Shown piece by piece: positions 1 to 8,821 of a stretch of DNA of 64,000 nt. The notes beneath the pieces were generated by a model. The model was not told where the DNA came from, did not search any database, and saw only the letters and a program-made list of their open reading frames with translations. Source of the DNA: Verrucomicrobiaceae bacterium (GTDB taxonomy: Bacteria; Verrucomicrobiota; Verrucomicrobiia; Verrucomicrobiales; Akkermansiaceae); the NCBI GenBank assembly GCA_027484055.1, contig JAIXQH010000055.1:7758-71757 (forward strand), given 5' to 3'. The translations under genes were made by a program, and so were the position numbers. Within the stretch, counting starts at the first letter, position 1. Every line of letters begins with the position of its first letter.

Positions 1-655
1 CCGCCAAAGCCGCAGGAGAGCAGTCTTGATGAGAAATCGGCACCCCCGCCGCAGTGTAGGCTGCATGGGCTTTGGCGGAGATTTCACGATTTCCGATGTA
101 GTCTTCCAATGCTCCAAAATTCCCGTAATGGCCACGGCGTCCTTGGTAGTCGATGGAGGTTTGACCAATCTCCCCGGCGCCATGAAAGGCACCGCGGATC
201 ATTTCCCCATTGGCAATGATCGCCCCACCGACACCGGTGCCGATGGTCATAAAAACCACATGCTCGAAGCCGCGACCTACACCACATTTCCACTCAGCCA
301 CGGCCATGCAGTTCGCGTCATTATCCACGGCGACGGGGAGGCCGGTTTGTGCTTGGAGGAGTTTCTTTAGCGGAATACCCGTCCAGTCTCTGACGTTGGT
401 GAGCTGGTAAACGAGTCCCTCTTCAAAATTTACAAACCCAGGCATCCCCACCCCGATCGCCGCCACTTCTGGATGACGTACCCGTAGATCCTGAATGGCA
501 CGAACCATCTCTGCGATCAGCTCCCCGTGCCCGGCGAAATCCTGAGTCGCGATGGGCGGTGAGTGGTCGATGATCTGGCTCTGCTGGACCACTGCGATTT
601 TCACGCTAGTGCCGCCGAAATCGATGCCAATCGTTAATGGAGAGTGGTCGTTCAT
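1..655 (-). CDS. ROK-family sugar kinase (glucokinase-like); C-terminus runs off the left window edge
   Basis: Absent from the ORF track because it is open at the edge. My minus-strand translation from ATG 655-653 gives MNDHSPLTIGIDFGGTSVKIAVV...VAVDNDANCMAVAEW...MTIGTGVGGAII. This shows the ASKHA DxGGT phosphate motif and the ROK signature region. Confidence 0.8.
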   Translation of the reverse strand, partial: MNDHSPLTIGIDFGGTSVKIAVVQQSQIIDHSPPIATQDFAGHGELIAEMVRAIQDLRVRHPEVAAIGVGMPGFVNFEEGLVYQLTNVRDWTGIPLKKLLQAQTGLPVAVDNDANCMAVAEWKCGVGRGFEHVVFMTIGTGVGGAIIANGEMIRGAFHGAGEIGQTSIDYQGRRGHYGNFGALEDYIGNREISAKAHAAYTAAGVPISHQDCSPAALA

Positions 656-711
656 GTCCGGCCTAGAGGAACTGAATGGCCGCTAAATGACACGCAAAAT
701 CTCGGTAGATT

Positions 712-1452
712 TCACATTCCAAAAACACGAGCCGCCACTTGCCTGAGGCCGTCGAGCGTGATGTCTGGATCCACCGCATGAATCTCGGGAACTCCTTGGG
801 CGATCAGCGCCGCGTCTCCACCGGTGGCGATGATTTGAGGGCTTCCATCCAGCTCCTTGCCGAGTTGCAAAAGGATTTCCTTCACGAGGCCGCGGTAGCC
901 GATCACCGCCCCGACCAGCATCGCATGAATGGTGGATTTCCCGATGGCGGACGGCGGTTCTTCGAGCTCGATTTTCGGCAGCAGCGCAGTTTTTCGGGCG
1001 AGGTAGTCAGACATTGCACCCAATCCGGGTGCGATGACTCCCCCACAATAGGCAGGTGCCGAGGAAATGACGTCGAAGGTGACGGCCGTGCCGAAATCAA
1101 TGATGATGGCCGGTACTCCGTGGCGGGAGAGCACACCTGCGGCATTGGCCAGGCGATCTGCACCGATTTGTGACGGCTCTGGGTAGTCGATGCCCATACC
1201 GATGGGGCTATTGAAATCGAGAAAATGGACTGGCACCTGATCTTGGAAAAACTCCTGAAGAATGACGGCTTTAGCGGGGACCACGGAGCCAATCACCACG
1301 GCTTTGAATGAAACGCCTTCGAGCAGTTGCTTCAATGTGTCACTTGAGAGATCCCGAGTCGCTAAAACCCCACGCCAAGTGAGCAGGTGCTCAGCCGAGC
1401 CGAGTGCAAACTTCGTCCTGGTGTTCGAGTTATCGATGAGGAGCCAAGACAT
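712..1452 (-). CDS. coaX: Type III pantothenate kinase
   Basis: MSWLLIDNSNTRTKFAL..., IIDFGTAVTFDV and ATGGDA motifs are typical of CoaX. I prefer the ATG at 1452, 2 nt after the upstream TAA, over the track start at 1461. Confidence 0.9.
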   Translation of the reverse strand: MSWLLIDNSNTRTKFALGSAEHLLTWRGVLATRDLSSDTLKQLLEGVSFKAVVIGSVVPAKAVILQEFFQDQVPVHFLDFNSPIGMGIDYPEPSQIGADRLANAAGVLSRHGVPAIIIDFGTAVTFDVISSAPAYCGGVIAPGLGAMSDYLARKTALLPKIELEEPPSAIGKSTIHAMLVGAVIGYRGLVKEILLQLGKELDGSPQIIATGGDAALIAQGVPEIHAVDPDITLDGLRQVAARVFGM

Positions 1453-1454
1453 GG

Positions 1455-1958
1455 TTACCACTGGTTGCTAGAGAAGGTGCGGCTTCCAGAGAAGCCCAGC
1501 TTGGGCATTCCAGTTTGGGCTTTGATGAGAAGAACCCCGTCATTGAGATGCAAGGTCATGGGACCGGAAAAATCGGCCGGCTCTAGCCAAAATTTGAACC
1601 ATAAATCGCTAACCACCTGGGGATCGGCCCCGGTAAAAGTCGAGTCTGCTGCTTCGATCTTCGCACGACTGGATGTCTTAAGAATCACCTTCTTTTCCAA
1701 GTCATGGATCATCATCGGGTTCATTTTCAAACGGACTTCTAACCAGTAAAATGAGCGATCTTTAGAAACCAGCGCCTGCACCACTTGGCAGCGTGCAGTC
1801 GGGTCAGGATGCCAATCGTAGGGACGGAACCAGCTCCAAAGCGCGAAGCCAGTCGCGAGTAAAAGAGCTAAGCCAAAAAAGTATCGCGAGAGTTGCCGCT
1901 TCACCTCGCTAGCTGAACCTGCATTGAGCCGGGCTGCAAACCAAAACAGGCGGGCCAT
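1455..1958 (-). CDS. Hypothetical membrane-anchored protein
   Basis: 167-aa ORF with one N-terminal TM helix (FFGLALLLATGFALWSWF). It is tightly packed between amtB and coaX on the same strand. No family recognised. Confidence 0.55.
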   Translation of the reverse strand: MARLFWFAARLNAGSASEVKRQLSRYFFGLALLLATGFALWSWFRPYDWHPDPTARCQVVQALVSKDRSFYWLEVRLKMNPMMIHDLEKKVILKTSSRAKIEAADSTFTGADPQVVSDLWFKFWLEPADFSGPMTLHLNDGVLLIKAQTGMPKLGFSGSRTFSSNQW

Positions 1959-2000
1959 TGCTGGCCCGCCTGCAAGATGATACTGATTGATTCCGAAGGA

Positions 2001-3542
2001 TCAATGTTCGTAGCCTTCTTCGCCATGCTCGCTGATGTCGAGACCGGCGGTCTCGACTTCAGCCGTTGGGCGAAGTCCGATGGTCACCTTGACGATCATG
2101 GCGATGATCACGGTGCCTACGATGGAGATCACAAGAGTGATTCCTACGGCAATGAGCTGTTGACCGAGAAGTCCGCTGCCTGCTGCGATGATCTTGGCAA
2201 GACCATTGGTGGCGGCGTAGGTGTTAACGTCGGTGAGGTTTCCGTTAACCTCGCTGGTAGCAAGGACGCCGGTAAGAATCGCACCAAGTGTTCCACCAAC
2301 CGCGTGAACACCGAAGGTGTCGAGCGCATCGTCGTAGCCGACTGCTTTCTTCACATACATCACGAAGATGTAGGGGACGATGGCGGCGGCCACACCAATG
2401 ATCATCGCGCCATCGGCATTCACAAATCCGCAAGCTGGGGTGATGACGACGAGGCCGGCCACGATGCCGGAGCACATTCCGAGGATGGATGCTTGGCCCT
2501 TGAGGAGTTTTTCAATGATGGCCCAGACGAAGCCAGCGGTCGCTGCGGCGAGCGTGGTGGTCATGAAAGCATTTGCGGAGACACCGTCAGCAGCAAGTGC
2601 AGAACCGGCGTTGAAACCATACCAGCCGACCCAGAGCATGCCGGTGCCAACCATGCAAAGCACCATGCTGTGTGGGGACATTTTTTCTTTTCCGAAACCA
2701 AGGCGCTTGCCGAGGATGATGCAAAGGATCAAAGCGCTCCAACCAGAGGTCATGTGAACGACAGTGCCACCTGCGAAGTCGATGGCGGTGATTTTAGCAG
2801 CACCGTTCCAGACACCGTTCATGAGGCCGGTCACACCCCAGATCATGTGAGCCATTGGCATGTAGATGACGAACATCCAGATGAAAATGAAGAGCATGAT
2901 CGCAGAGAATTTCATGCGTTCAGCGATCGCCCCGATGATGAGGGCTGGGGTGATGATGGCGAACATCAACTGATACATGGAGAACACGTTTTGTGAAATC
3001 CAGTAGCAGTAGTCTGTGTTTGGTGCGCTGGTGACACCTTTGAGGAAGAAGAACTCGGTGCCGCCAAGAAACGGCTCAAGTGCTGTGCCAGTGAAGCTCT
3101 TTCCGAAAACCAAGCTGTAGCCCACGGCCCACCAGATAACGGTAACCATGCCTGCGCAGCCGAGGCACTGCGCCAAGACGCTAAGGACATTCTTCTTTCT
3201 CACTAGACCACCGTAGAAAAGGGCGAGGCCTGGAAGTGTCATGAAAAGCACGAGAGCCGCACATGTCATCATCCAGCCATTATGACCTGGACCGGGGACA
3301 CCAGCGACCTTGGAAGACCAGGCACTGTCTCCAGAACCACCGACACCTACGTTACCAAAGTAGCTCTCCAAGTCGGCTAAACGTTGCTCAACGGTGGCGT
3401 CTGGTGGGGCGGCTACCGTTTCGGCAGCTGGTGGCGCTGCTGGAGCATCTTGTGCAGATGCAGGCAAGCACATGGGTAGGGCAATCAATGCGATGGCAGC
3501 AGCGGTGATGGCCCGCAATTTGTTTAGATGTCGACTGGTCAT
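2001..3542 (-). CDS. amtB: Ammonium transporter (Amt family) with signal peptide and Pro/Ala-rich N-terminal extension
   Basis: 513 aa, multi-TM. Amt-like blocks include FAGGTVVHMTSGWSAL and DDALDTFGVHAVGG. Confidence 0.95.
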   Translation of the reverse strand: MTSRHLNKLRAITAAAIALIALPMCLPASAQDAPAAPPAAETVAAPPDATVEQRLADLESYFGNVGVGGSGDSAWSSKVAGVPGPGHNGWMMTCAALVLFMTLPGLALFYGGLVRKKNVLSVLAQCLGCAGMVTVIWWAVGYSLVFGKSFTGTALEPFLGGTEFFFLKGVTSAPNTDYCYWISQNVFSMYQLMFAIITPALIIGAIAERMKFSAIMLFIFIWMFVIYMPMAHMIWGVTGLMNGVWNGAAKITAIDFAGGTVVHMTSGWSALILCIILGKRLGFGKEKMSPHSMVLCMVGTGMLWVGWYGFNAGSALAADGVSANAFMTTTLAAATAGFVWAIIEKLLKGQASILGMCSGIVAGLVVITPACGFVNADGAMIIGVAAAIVPYIFVMYVKKAVGYDDALDTFGVHAVGGTLGAILTGVLATSEVNGNLTDVNTYAATNGLAKIIAAGSGLLGQQLIAVGITLVISIVGTVIIAMIVKVTIGLRPTAEVETAGLDISEHGEEGYEH

Positions 3543-3617
3543 GTTGGTCAGAGTTGATCGGATATGAGGTTACGGTCGCCCAAGGCTTGAAAAAACCTTG
3601 GGCTTCTGGTTACGCTA

Positions 3618-3633
3618 AGCAAGGACCGTGCCA
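3618..3633 (-). promoter_or_regulatory. Sigma-54 (-24/-12) promoter upstream of amtB
   Basis: The minus strand reads TGGCACGGTCCTTGCT, matching the consensus TGGCACG-N4-TTGCW at every defined position. It lies about 75 nt upstream of the amtB ATG at 3542. Confidence 0.7.
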
Positions 3634-3737
3634 AAGTAGCAAACCGAGGTAAAGCATTGATATAGAACACGATCTAAATTTAAAAACCGCTCTAAATCCA
3701 CGGCTCCGCTCACGCAATTGCCGCATAAATTCATGAT

Positions 3738-3760
3738 TTGCTCGCTCGGATAGCGAGCAA
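3738..3760. promoter_or_regulatory. Perfect palindrome, candidate enhancer-binding-protein (UAS) site
   Basis: ttgctcgct-cggat-agcgagcaa has 9-bp perfect arms. Its centre lies about 140 bp upstream of the predicted sigma-54 start site. Confidence 0.4.
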
Positions 3761-3926
3761 CGCAGGCCAAGGTGGCGCGAACCATTTCGGAAAAGTGGAT
3801 AATCATGCCGCTTAAACTTTAACCTTGCCAAAATAGGGCCGAAGAACTAATCATCAAGCACTTCTGACGAATTTTTAACCCAAAAATCGTTTACCAAGTA
3901 AGCATTAACCAAAAACCAACAACACG

Positions 3927-4667
3927 ATGCAAAACTACTACAAAACCCTAGGTGTCATGACCGCTGTCTCCGCCCTAGTGGCTGGAAACGCAATGGCTGA
4001 GATTAAGTACAACCTGCACACGGGCTACTCCAGCGAGTATCTTTTCCGTGGTCTTGACCTTGGCGATCATCTGATCGAGACAGGTCTCGACGCCAAGACC
4101 CAATACAACGGCTTAGACCTGAGTGCTGGCGCTTGGTATGGTAGTTTCAACAGCTCTGCAATTGCAGGTGGACTGGATAGCACCGAGCTCGATCTCTACG
4201 CGTCCGCTTCCAAAGACCTTGGATTTGCGACCGCATCACTTGGCTACATTTACTATGAGTATCCACAATCGGCAACGAATGCACAACAGGGCTTCCATTT
4301 CGAAAACTTTTCGGAAGTGACATTCGGCCTCTCGAAGGATCTTGGATTCGCCACTGCCTCGTTGACCTACTTCTGGGGAGTCACTGGCCCAAGCAACGAA
4401 GGCTACACCGAGCTTGCTTTGAGCCGTGGCTTCGAACTTAGCCCATGCCTCACCCTCAATATTGGCAGCAATCTGGGCTACCTCGTCGAAGGTGGTGATT
4501 TCACCGCTTGGACCACCAGAGTCTCACTCGATTACGGCTTTGCAGAACATGCGAAGGTTTCCCCATTCGTCGCAGGTTCGATCGCCCTTGGCGAAAGCAC
4601 TGGCGGATCATGGAACAGCACAGACAACGAACTCCTTGCCGGTTCCATGCTCAGTGTAAGCTTCTAA
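3927..4667 (+). CDS. Predicted outer-membrane beta-barrel (porin-like) protein
   Basis: Signal peptide (MTAVSALVAGNAMA), alternating-hydrophobic, Gly/aromatic-rich strands, and a C-terminal ...SMLSVSF ending in Phe. It is divergent from amtB. Confidence 0.6.
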   Translation: MQNYYKTLGVMTAVSALVAGNAMAEIKYNLHTGYSSEYLFRGLDLGDHLIETGLDAKTQYNGLDLSAGAWYGSFNSSAIAGGLDSTELDLYASASKDLGFATASLGYIYYEYPQSATNAQQGFHFENFSEVTFGLSKDLGFATASLTYFWGVTGPSNEGYTELALSRGFELSPCLTLNIGSNLGYLVEGGDFTAWTTRVSLDYGFAEHAKVSPFVAGSIALGESTGGSWNSTDNELLAGSMLSVSF

Positions 4668-4705
4668 GCAAGCCCAGAGTCCATCTCCGACTCTCATTCA
4701 CGAAA

Positions 4706-4732
4706 AGCGGCCACGAAAGTGGTCGCTTTTTT
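4706..4732 (+). terminator. Rho-independent terminator after the porin-like gene
   Basis: agcggccac-gaaa-gtggtcgct forms a 9-bp stem (one G-U pair) with a GNRA loop, followed by tttttt. Confidence 0.8.
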
Positions 4733-4779
4733 GTATCTTCAGACTTGGAAATTGGTCGAGTGCCACAAAGGCTACGACA

Positions 4780-6333
4780 ATGTTCCTCGGACTCGACTCT
4801 TCTACTCAATCGCTCACGGCTGTGCTTATTGATCCCGTTTCGGGGACCATCCCATGTCAGCTTTCTGTGAATTTCGGCACCGAGTTCCCAGCTTACCACT
4901 CGCCGAGCGGTTTCATTCCAAATGGAGTCGAGGGGGAGGTCCACGCACATCCAGCGATGTGGCTAGAGGCGCTAGACTTGCTGCTCGCGCGGCTTTCCGG
5001 CATGACAGATCTTTCAAAAGTGAAATGGATCGCAGGCTCAGGTCAGCAGCATGGCTCGGTGTATTTAGATGCCACTTTCGAGACCCGGCTCGCGAGTCTT
5101 TCAATTTCAGAGGATCTCGCTGCCCAATTGACACCGGCGCTCACTCGCTCGACATCACCGATCTGGATGGACACCTCAACCGGGCCTGAGTGCCTCGAAA
5201 TCACGACCGCTGTCGGATCTGCGAGCGAGGTCTGCCGATTGAGCGGATCAAATGCAATTGAGCGCTTCACAGGGCCACAGATTCGCCGTTTTTACAAAAC
5301 ACAGCCAGACCGCTACACGGAGACGAGCCGAATTCACTTGGTGAGTTCGTTCATTGCCTCGGTGTTGGCAGGGAAATCAGTGCCGATCGACTTCGGCGAT
5401 GGTGCGGGGATGAATTTACTCAACCTTGCCGAACTCACATGGGACCCGGCCCTCATGGCAGCGACTGCGCCAGATCTTGCGAGCAAGCTCCTCCCGCCCG
5501 CCGCAGCGACGACGTATCAGGGGGGGATTTCACCGTATTTTTCTGAGAAATACGGTTTTGCGGCCGACTGCTCAATCGCCCTTTTCACCGGGGACAATCC
5601 GGCCTCCTTGGTCGGCATGGGGGCGACCGCGCCGGGGAATGTCGTCATTTCACTCGGGACCAGCGATACCTTCTTCGCTGCCATGTCTGGACCGCGAACG
5701 GACCCGAATGGCTTCGGCCATGTTTTTGGAAATCCTGCTGGCGGCTTTATGTCGCTCATCTGCTTCCGCAACGGCTCACTGGCCCGTGAGGCCTTGCGGA
5801 ATGCGCTTGGACTCGATTGGTCCGACTTCGACCTCGCAGCACTAGCGACCTCAGCAAGCGCCGCTGGAGAAAACCTCATGCTGCCCTTTTATGGCTCAGA
5901 AATCACTCCCCGCCACGATTGCACCGGCCCCATCCTACAGGGCTCTGCGGCATTTGAATCTGGAGAGCAGCCAGAATTGCAAGTCCGGGCCTTACTCGAA
6001 GGACAGTTTCTCAACATGAGACTCCACTCCCGCTGGATGGGTGTGAAAACCGAACGCCTCCGTCTGACGGGTGGTGCTTCTAAAAATGATGGAATCGCCC
6101 AACTGGTGGCCAACATTTTCCAAGCACCCGTCGAGCGCTTGGACGTTTCCAACTCCGCCGCGCTAGGAGCTGCCATCATCGCGGCGGCAGCGAGTGGCTT
6201 AGAGTGGACCGCTCTTCAGGACCGCTTCTGCCAAGCTGCCGCAGGATCGGTGATTTTACCCGACCCCGCTCTAGCAAGTGTCTATGCGGATGCCCTTGAC
6301 CGCTTTGAAACACTGCTCCGCGCCAAGCTCTGA
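4780..6333 (+). CDS. xylB: FGGY-family carbohydrate kinase (xylulokinase-like)
   Basis: N-terminal MFLGLDSSTQSLTAVLID, plus GSGQQHG, GDNPASLVG and LTGGASKN blocks typical of xylulokinases. Confidence 0.75.
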   Translation: MFLGLDSSTQSLTAVLIDPVSGTIPCQLSVNFGTEFPAYHSPSGFIPNGVEGEVHAHPAMWLEALDLLLARLSGMTDLSKVKWIAGSGQQHGSVYLDATFETRLASLSISEDLAAQLTPALTRSTSPIWMDTSTGPECLEITTAVGSASEVCRLSGSNAIERFTGPQIRRFYKTQPDRYTETSRIHLVSSFIASVLAGKSVPIDFGDGAGMNLLNLAELTWDPALMAATAPDLASKLLPPAAATTYQGGISPYFSEKYGFAADCSIALFTGDNPASLVGMGATAPGNVVISLGTSDTFFAAMSGPRTDPNGFGHVFGNPAGGFMSLICFRNGSLAREALRNALGLDWSDFDLAALATSASAAGENLMLPFYGSEITPRHDCTGPILQGSAAFESGEQPELQVRALLEGQFLNMRLHSRWMGVKTERLRLTGGASKNDGIAQLVANIFQAPVERLDVSNSAALGAAIIAAAASGLEWTALQDRFCQAAAGSVILPDPALASVYADALDRFETLLRAKL

Positions 6334-6391
6334 GAAGTATTTTTCCCGAAACATTGACCAAGTCCTAGCTCCGCTTTACCTATCGCCCGTG

Positions 6392-7498
6392 ATGACGATT
6401 GACCAATACGCGAACCAGTTTGTCTGCGATCTTGTAGCCTATGAGCCAGGAAAACCCATCGATGAAACGGCGCGCGAACTGGGCCTAGACCCTTCGCAAA
6501 TTGTCAAGGTCGCCTCCAACGAAAACCCGCTCGGGCCGTCACCACTCGCGAAAATTGCCATGCGCGAAGCCCTAGAAGAATCGCACATCTATCCAGATGG
6601 TGGTGGTTTCCGGCTTCGCAGCGCTGTCGCTAAATCCTTCGACATGGACATCGCCAACGTGATCTTGGGAAATGGCTCCAATGAGATCATCGAGCTACTT
6701 TGCCACACCTTCCTGAACCGCGACTCAGAACTCATCGCCGCCGAGCATGCCTTCGTCGTTTACAAGCTGATGGCGACTCTCTTCGGCGCGAAATATATCA
6801 AGGTGCCGGATCCAGGATTCATTCATGACTTGGACGCCATGGCCGCTGCGATCACGGAGAAAACCCGCTTGGTCTTCATCGCCAACCCGAACAACCCCAC
6901 CGGCACGATGGTCGCGCAGGAGGCAATCGACCGATTCATGGCCAAGGTGCCGGAGCATGTTATCGTCGTTTTCGACGAGGCCTATTACGAATTTCCCGAC
7001 TCCCCACCCGATGTTTTGAAATACGTTCGCGAGGGGCGTAACGTCTGTGTGCTGCGGACATTTTCGAAAATTCACGGCCTAGCCGCACTGCGCGTCGGCT
7101 ATGGCTTGGCCTCGAAACCGGTCGCCGCTTTACTTCAAAAAGCCAGACAGCCCTTCAACGTCAACGCAATCGCCCAAGCAGGCGCACTTGCAGCCCTAGC
7201 AGACACTGCACACATCGAGCAGACACGGTCGGTCAATCGTGCAGGGATGGCCTTTTACGAAAAAGAACTCGCCGCGCGCGGGATCGAATACGTCCCGAGC
7301 TTTGCCAATTTCCTGCTCATCAAAACGGGCGCCGGGGATCACGTCTTCAAGGAAATGCTGAAACAAGGAGTGATCGTCCGCGCGATGAGCAGCTACCAAC
7401 TGCCAGACTGGGTCCGCATTTCGATCGGGACGGAAGCACAGAACCACCGCTGCCTCGAAGTGCTGGACGCGGTATTGCTCGTTCCAGCGGCCATCTAA
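6392..7498 (+). CDS. hisC: Histidinol-phosphate aminotransferase
   Basis: ASNENPLGPSP, NPNNPTG and FSKIHGLAALRVGY (PLP lysine). The track ORF begins at 6278 inside xylB; the ATG at 6392 (MTIDQY...) is the sensible start. Confidence 0.9.
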   Translation: MTIDQYANQFVCDLVAYEPGKPIDETARELGLDPSQIVKVASNENPLGPSPLAKIAMREALEESHIYPDGGGFRLRSAVAKSFDMDIANVILGNGSNEIIELLCHTFLNRDSELIAAEHAFVVYKLMATLFGAKYIKVPDPGFIHDLDAMAAAITEKTRLVFIANPNNPTGTMVAQEAIDRFMAKVPEHVIVVFDEAYYEFPDSPPDVLKYVREGRNVCVLRTFSKIHGLAALRVGYGLASKPVAALLQKARQPFNVNAIAQAGALAALADTAHIEQTRSVNRAGMAFYEKELAARGIEYVPSFANFLLIKTGAGDHVFKEMLKQGVIVRAMSSYQLPDWVRISIGTEAQNHRCLEVLDAVLLVPAAI

Positions 7499-7561
7499 AG
7501 TTTGCAGTCCTGAGTTTGACAAACTCGCCTGCGTTTCTTAATCCTACGCCCTAGGGATATC

Positions 7562-8821
7562 ATGGCCGAAACTTCACCCCCTCATTCTCAACGAGTTTTC
7601 TTTTGCCCAGCTTGCAACGGGAAGATCATGATTCCGCGAGATCTTCCGCCGACCACCGGGCCTTGCCCCCTGTGCGCAGCCGTGATTACCTCACCCGCAG
7701 AGGATCTCCCAGCGCCGCACCCTTCGCCGGCACCCGCCTTCCCAATCTATCCCGAAGCGTCTCCTGCTAACATCCAGCAGCCCACTGCGGCGGATGACAT
7801 AGAGACGAACAGAACACGCACCCAGCGCTCTGCGATTCTTGATGACGGGCCGCGACGTAGCATCCTGCCCGCCGTGGTGATTCTGATCGCTCTAGCAGCA
7901 GTGCTCACCGGAGTCATTTGGTTCGCCGTCAACGAGTCAAAAAAGAAAGCCAAAATAGCGCCGCCAAATCCATCAAACACGGCACTCCCTGTCAACGAGG
8001 CCCACTACCTACGCATCGGTTGGCAAACCGACGCTTACCGCGCCTTGAAAGGATTCATCGCCGCCACCACGGTCAAGGACAAGCTCCCCTTCATCCTCAA
8101 CGCCAGTAATCTCGCTCCGAAAATCGAAGAAGCCTACGGCGGCAGTTACATCTCAGACTCAGACACTCCTGCGGAAGCTTTCACCGTTTATGAATTAAGT
8201 GAATCCGACACCAAGCGGGGATTGTTTGTCATGATCTATGACCAGCCCGCACGCTTGGAAATGAAAGAATTCTTCCGCCCCTTGGCCAGCCTAGAGGTCC
8301 AGTATGGCTTGCAAGAGGCAGACCTTTTACTCAGCACCGTGGCGAATGTCGGCAACTTTTCAACCGAGCCACTCCGGGTTCTCGCCTTTTTCAAACGGAC
8401 CCCTGAAGGACTGAAACTCGACTGGGAAATTTTCACCCAAACCAAATACCGCACCCTGCGCAATTTCGCGGAACTCCCAGAAGTGGGAAATACGAAAATC
8501 TTCCGCGTCCTTATCTCCGAGGATGTTCCAGAACAAGGCCGCGCTGTCCCAGGGACCCGCGCTTACCGCGTCGTGGATCCTGCGAACACGTCGGATGGGG
8601 CGCGAGTCAATGTGCAGGTGGATTCGGACACGGGTCGCGCCCTTGCCCCGATCAACTGGCGCGGGACTAAAGAAAATCAACCTGTCACCCAATCCGCGAC
8701 GGTCGAACTCAGCTGGTCTGGCACCGCCACCACCCCGACCTTAAATCTCACCCGTCTCGTTTGTTGGGAATTCATGGGGCTCGGCGGTCAAGAATCACCC
8801 ACGCCGCCAGCTCCGAAGTGA
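7562..8821 (+). CDS. Hypothetical zinc-ribbon / single-TM protein
   Basis: N-terminal CPACNG...CPLCAAV four-Cys ribbon, a Pro-rich linker, a TM helix (ILPAVVILIALAAVLTGVIWFAV), then a ~280-aa C-terminal domain of unknown family. Confidence 0.6.
   Translation: MAETSPPHSQRVFFCPACNGKIMIPRDLPPTTGPCPLCAAVITSPAEDLPAPHPSPAPAFPIYPEASPANIQQPTAADDIETNRTRTQRSAILDDGPRRSILPAVVILIALAAVLTGVIWFAVNESKKKAKIAPPNPSNTALPVNEAHYLRIGWQTDAYRALKGFIAATTVKDKLPFILNASNLAPKIEEAYGGSYISDSDTPAEAFTVYELSESDTKRGLFVMIYDQPARLEMKEFFRPLASLEVQYGLQEADLLLSTVANVGNFSTEPLRVLAFFKRTPEGLKLDWEIFTQTKYRTLRNFAELPEVGNTKIFRVLISEDVPEQGRAVPGTRAYRVVDPANTSDGARVNVQVDSDTGRALAPINWRGTKENQPVTQSATVELSWSGTATTPTLNLTRLVCWEFMGLGGQESPTPPAPK

Noticed and set aside
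1977-2996. Long antisense or overlapping ORFs in the track (for example 1977-2996, 739-1173, 12366-12893, 16473-17216, 42459-43184, 49541-50104, 51708-52601, 53617-54234, 33358-33888)
   Set aside because: Each lies opposite or out of frame to a gene with clear family motifs (amtB, coaX, aroA, nuoF, tpiA, batB, batD, ruvC, bglX). Their translations are Gly/Arg/Ala/Pro-rich low-information sequence, typical of stop-codon depletion in GC-rich DNA.
3610-3831. Small minus-strand ORFs (73 and 63 aa) in the amtB/porin intergenic region
   Set aside because: They cover the sigma-54 promoter and the palindrome, have no coding-like composition, and are better explained as regulatory DNA.
3760-3926. A second sigma-54 promoter for the porin-like gene
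   Set aside because: Candidate GG...GC pairs (tggcgcgaaccatttc, tggataatcatgcc) have the wrong spacing or lack the TTGC element.
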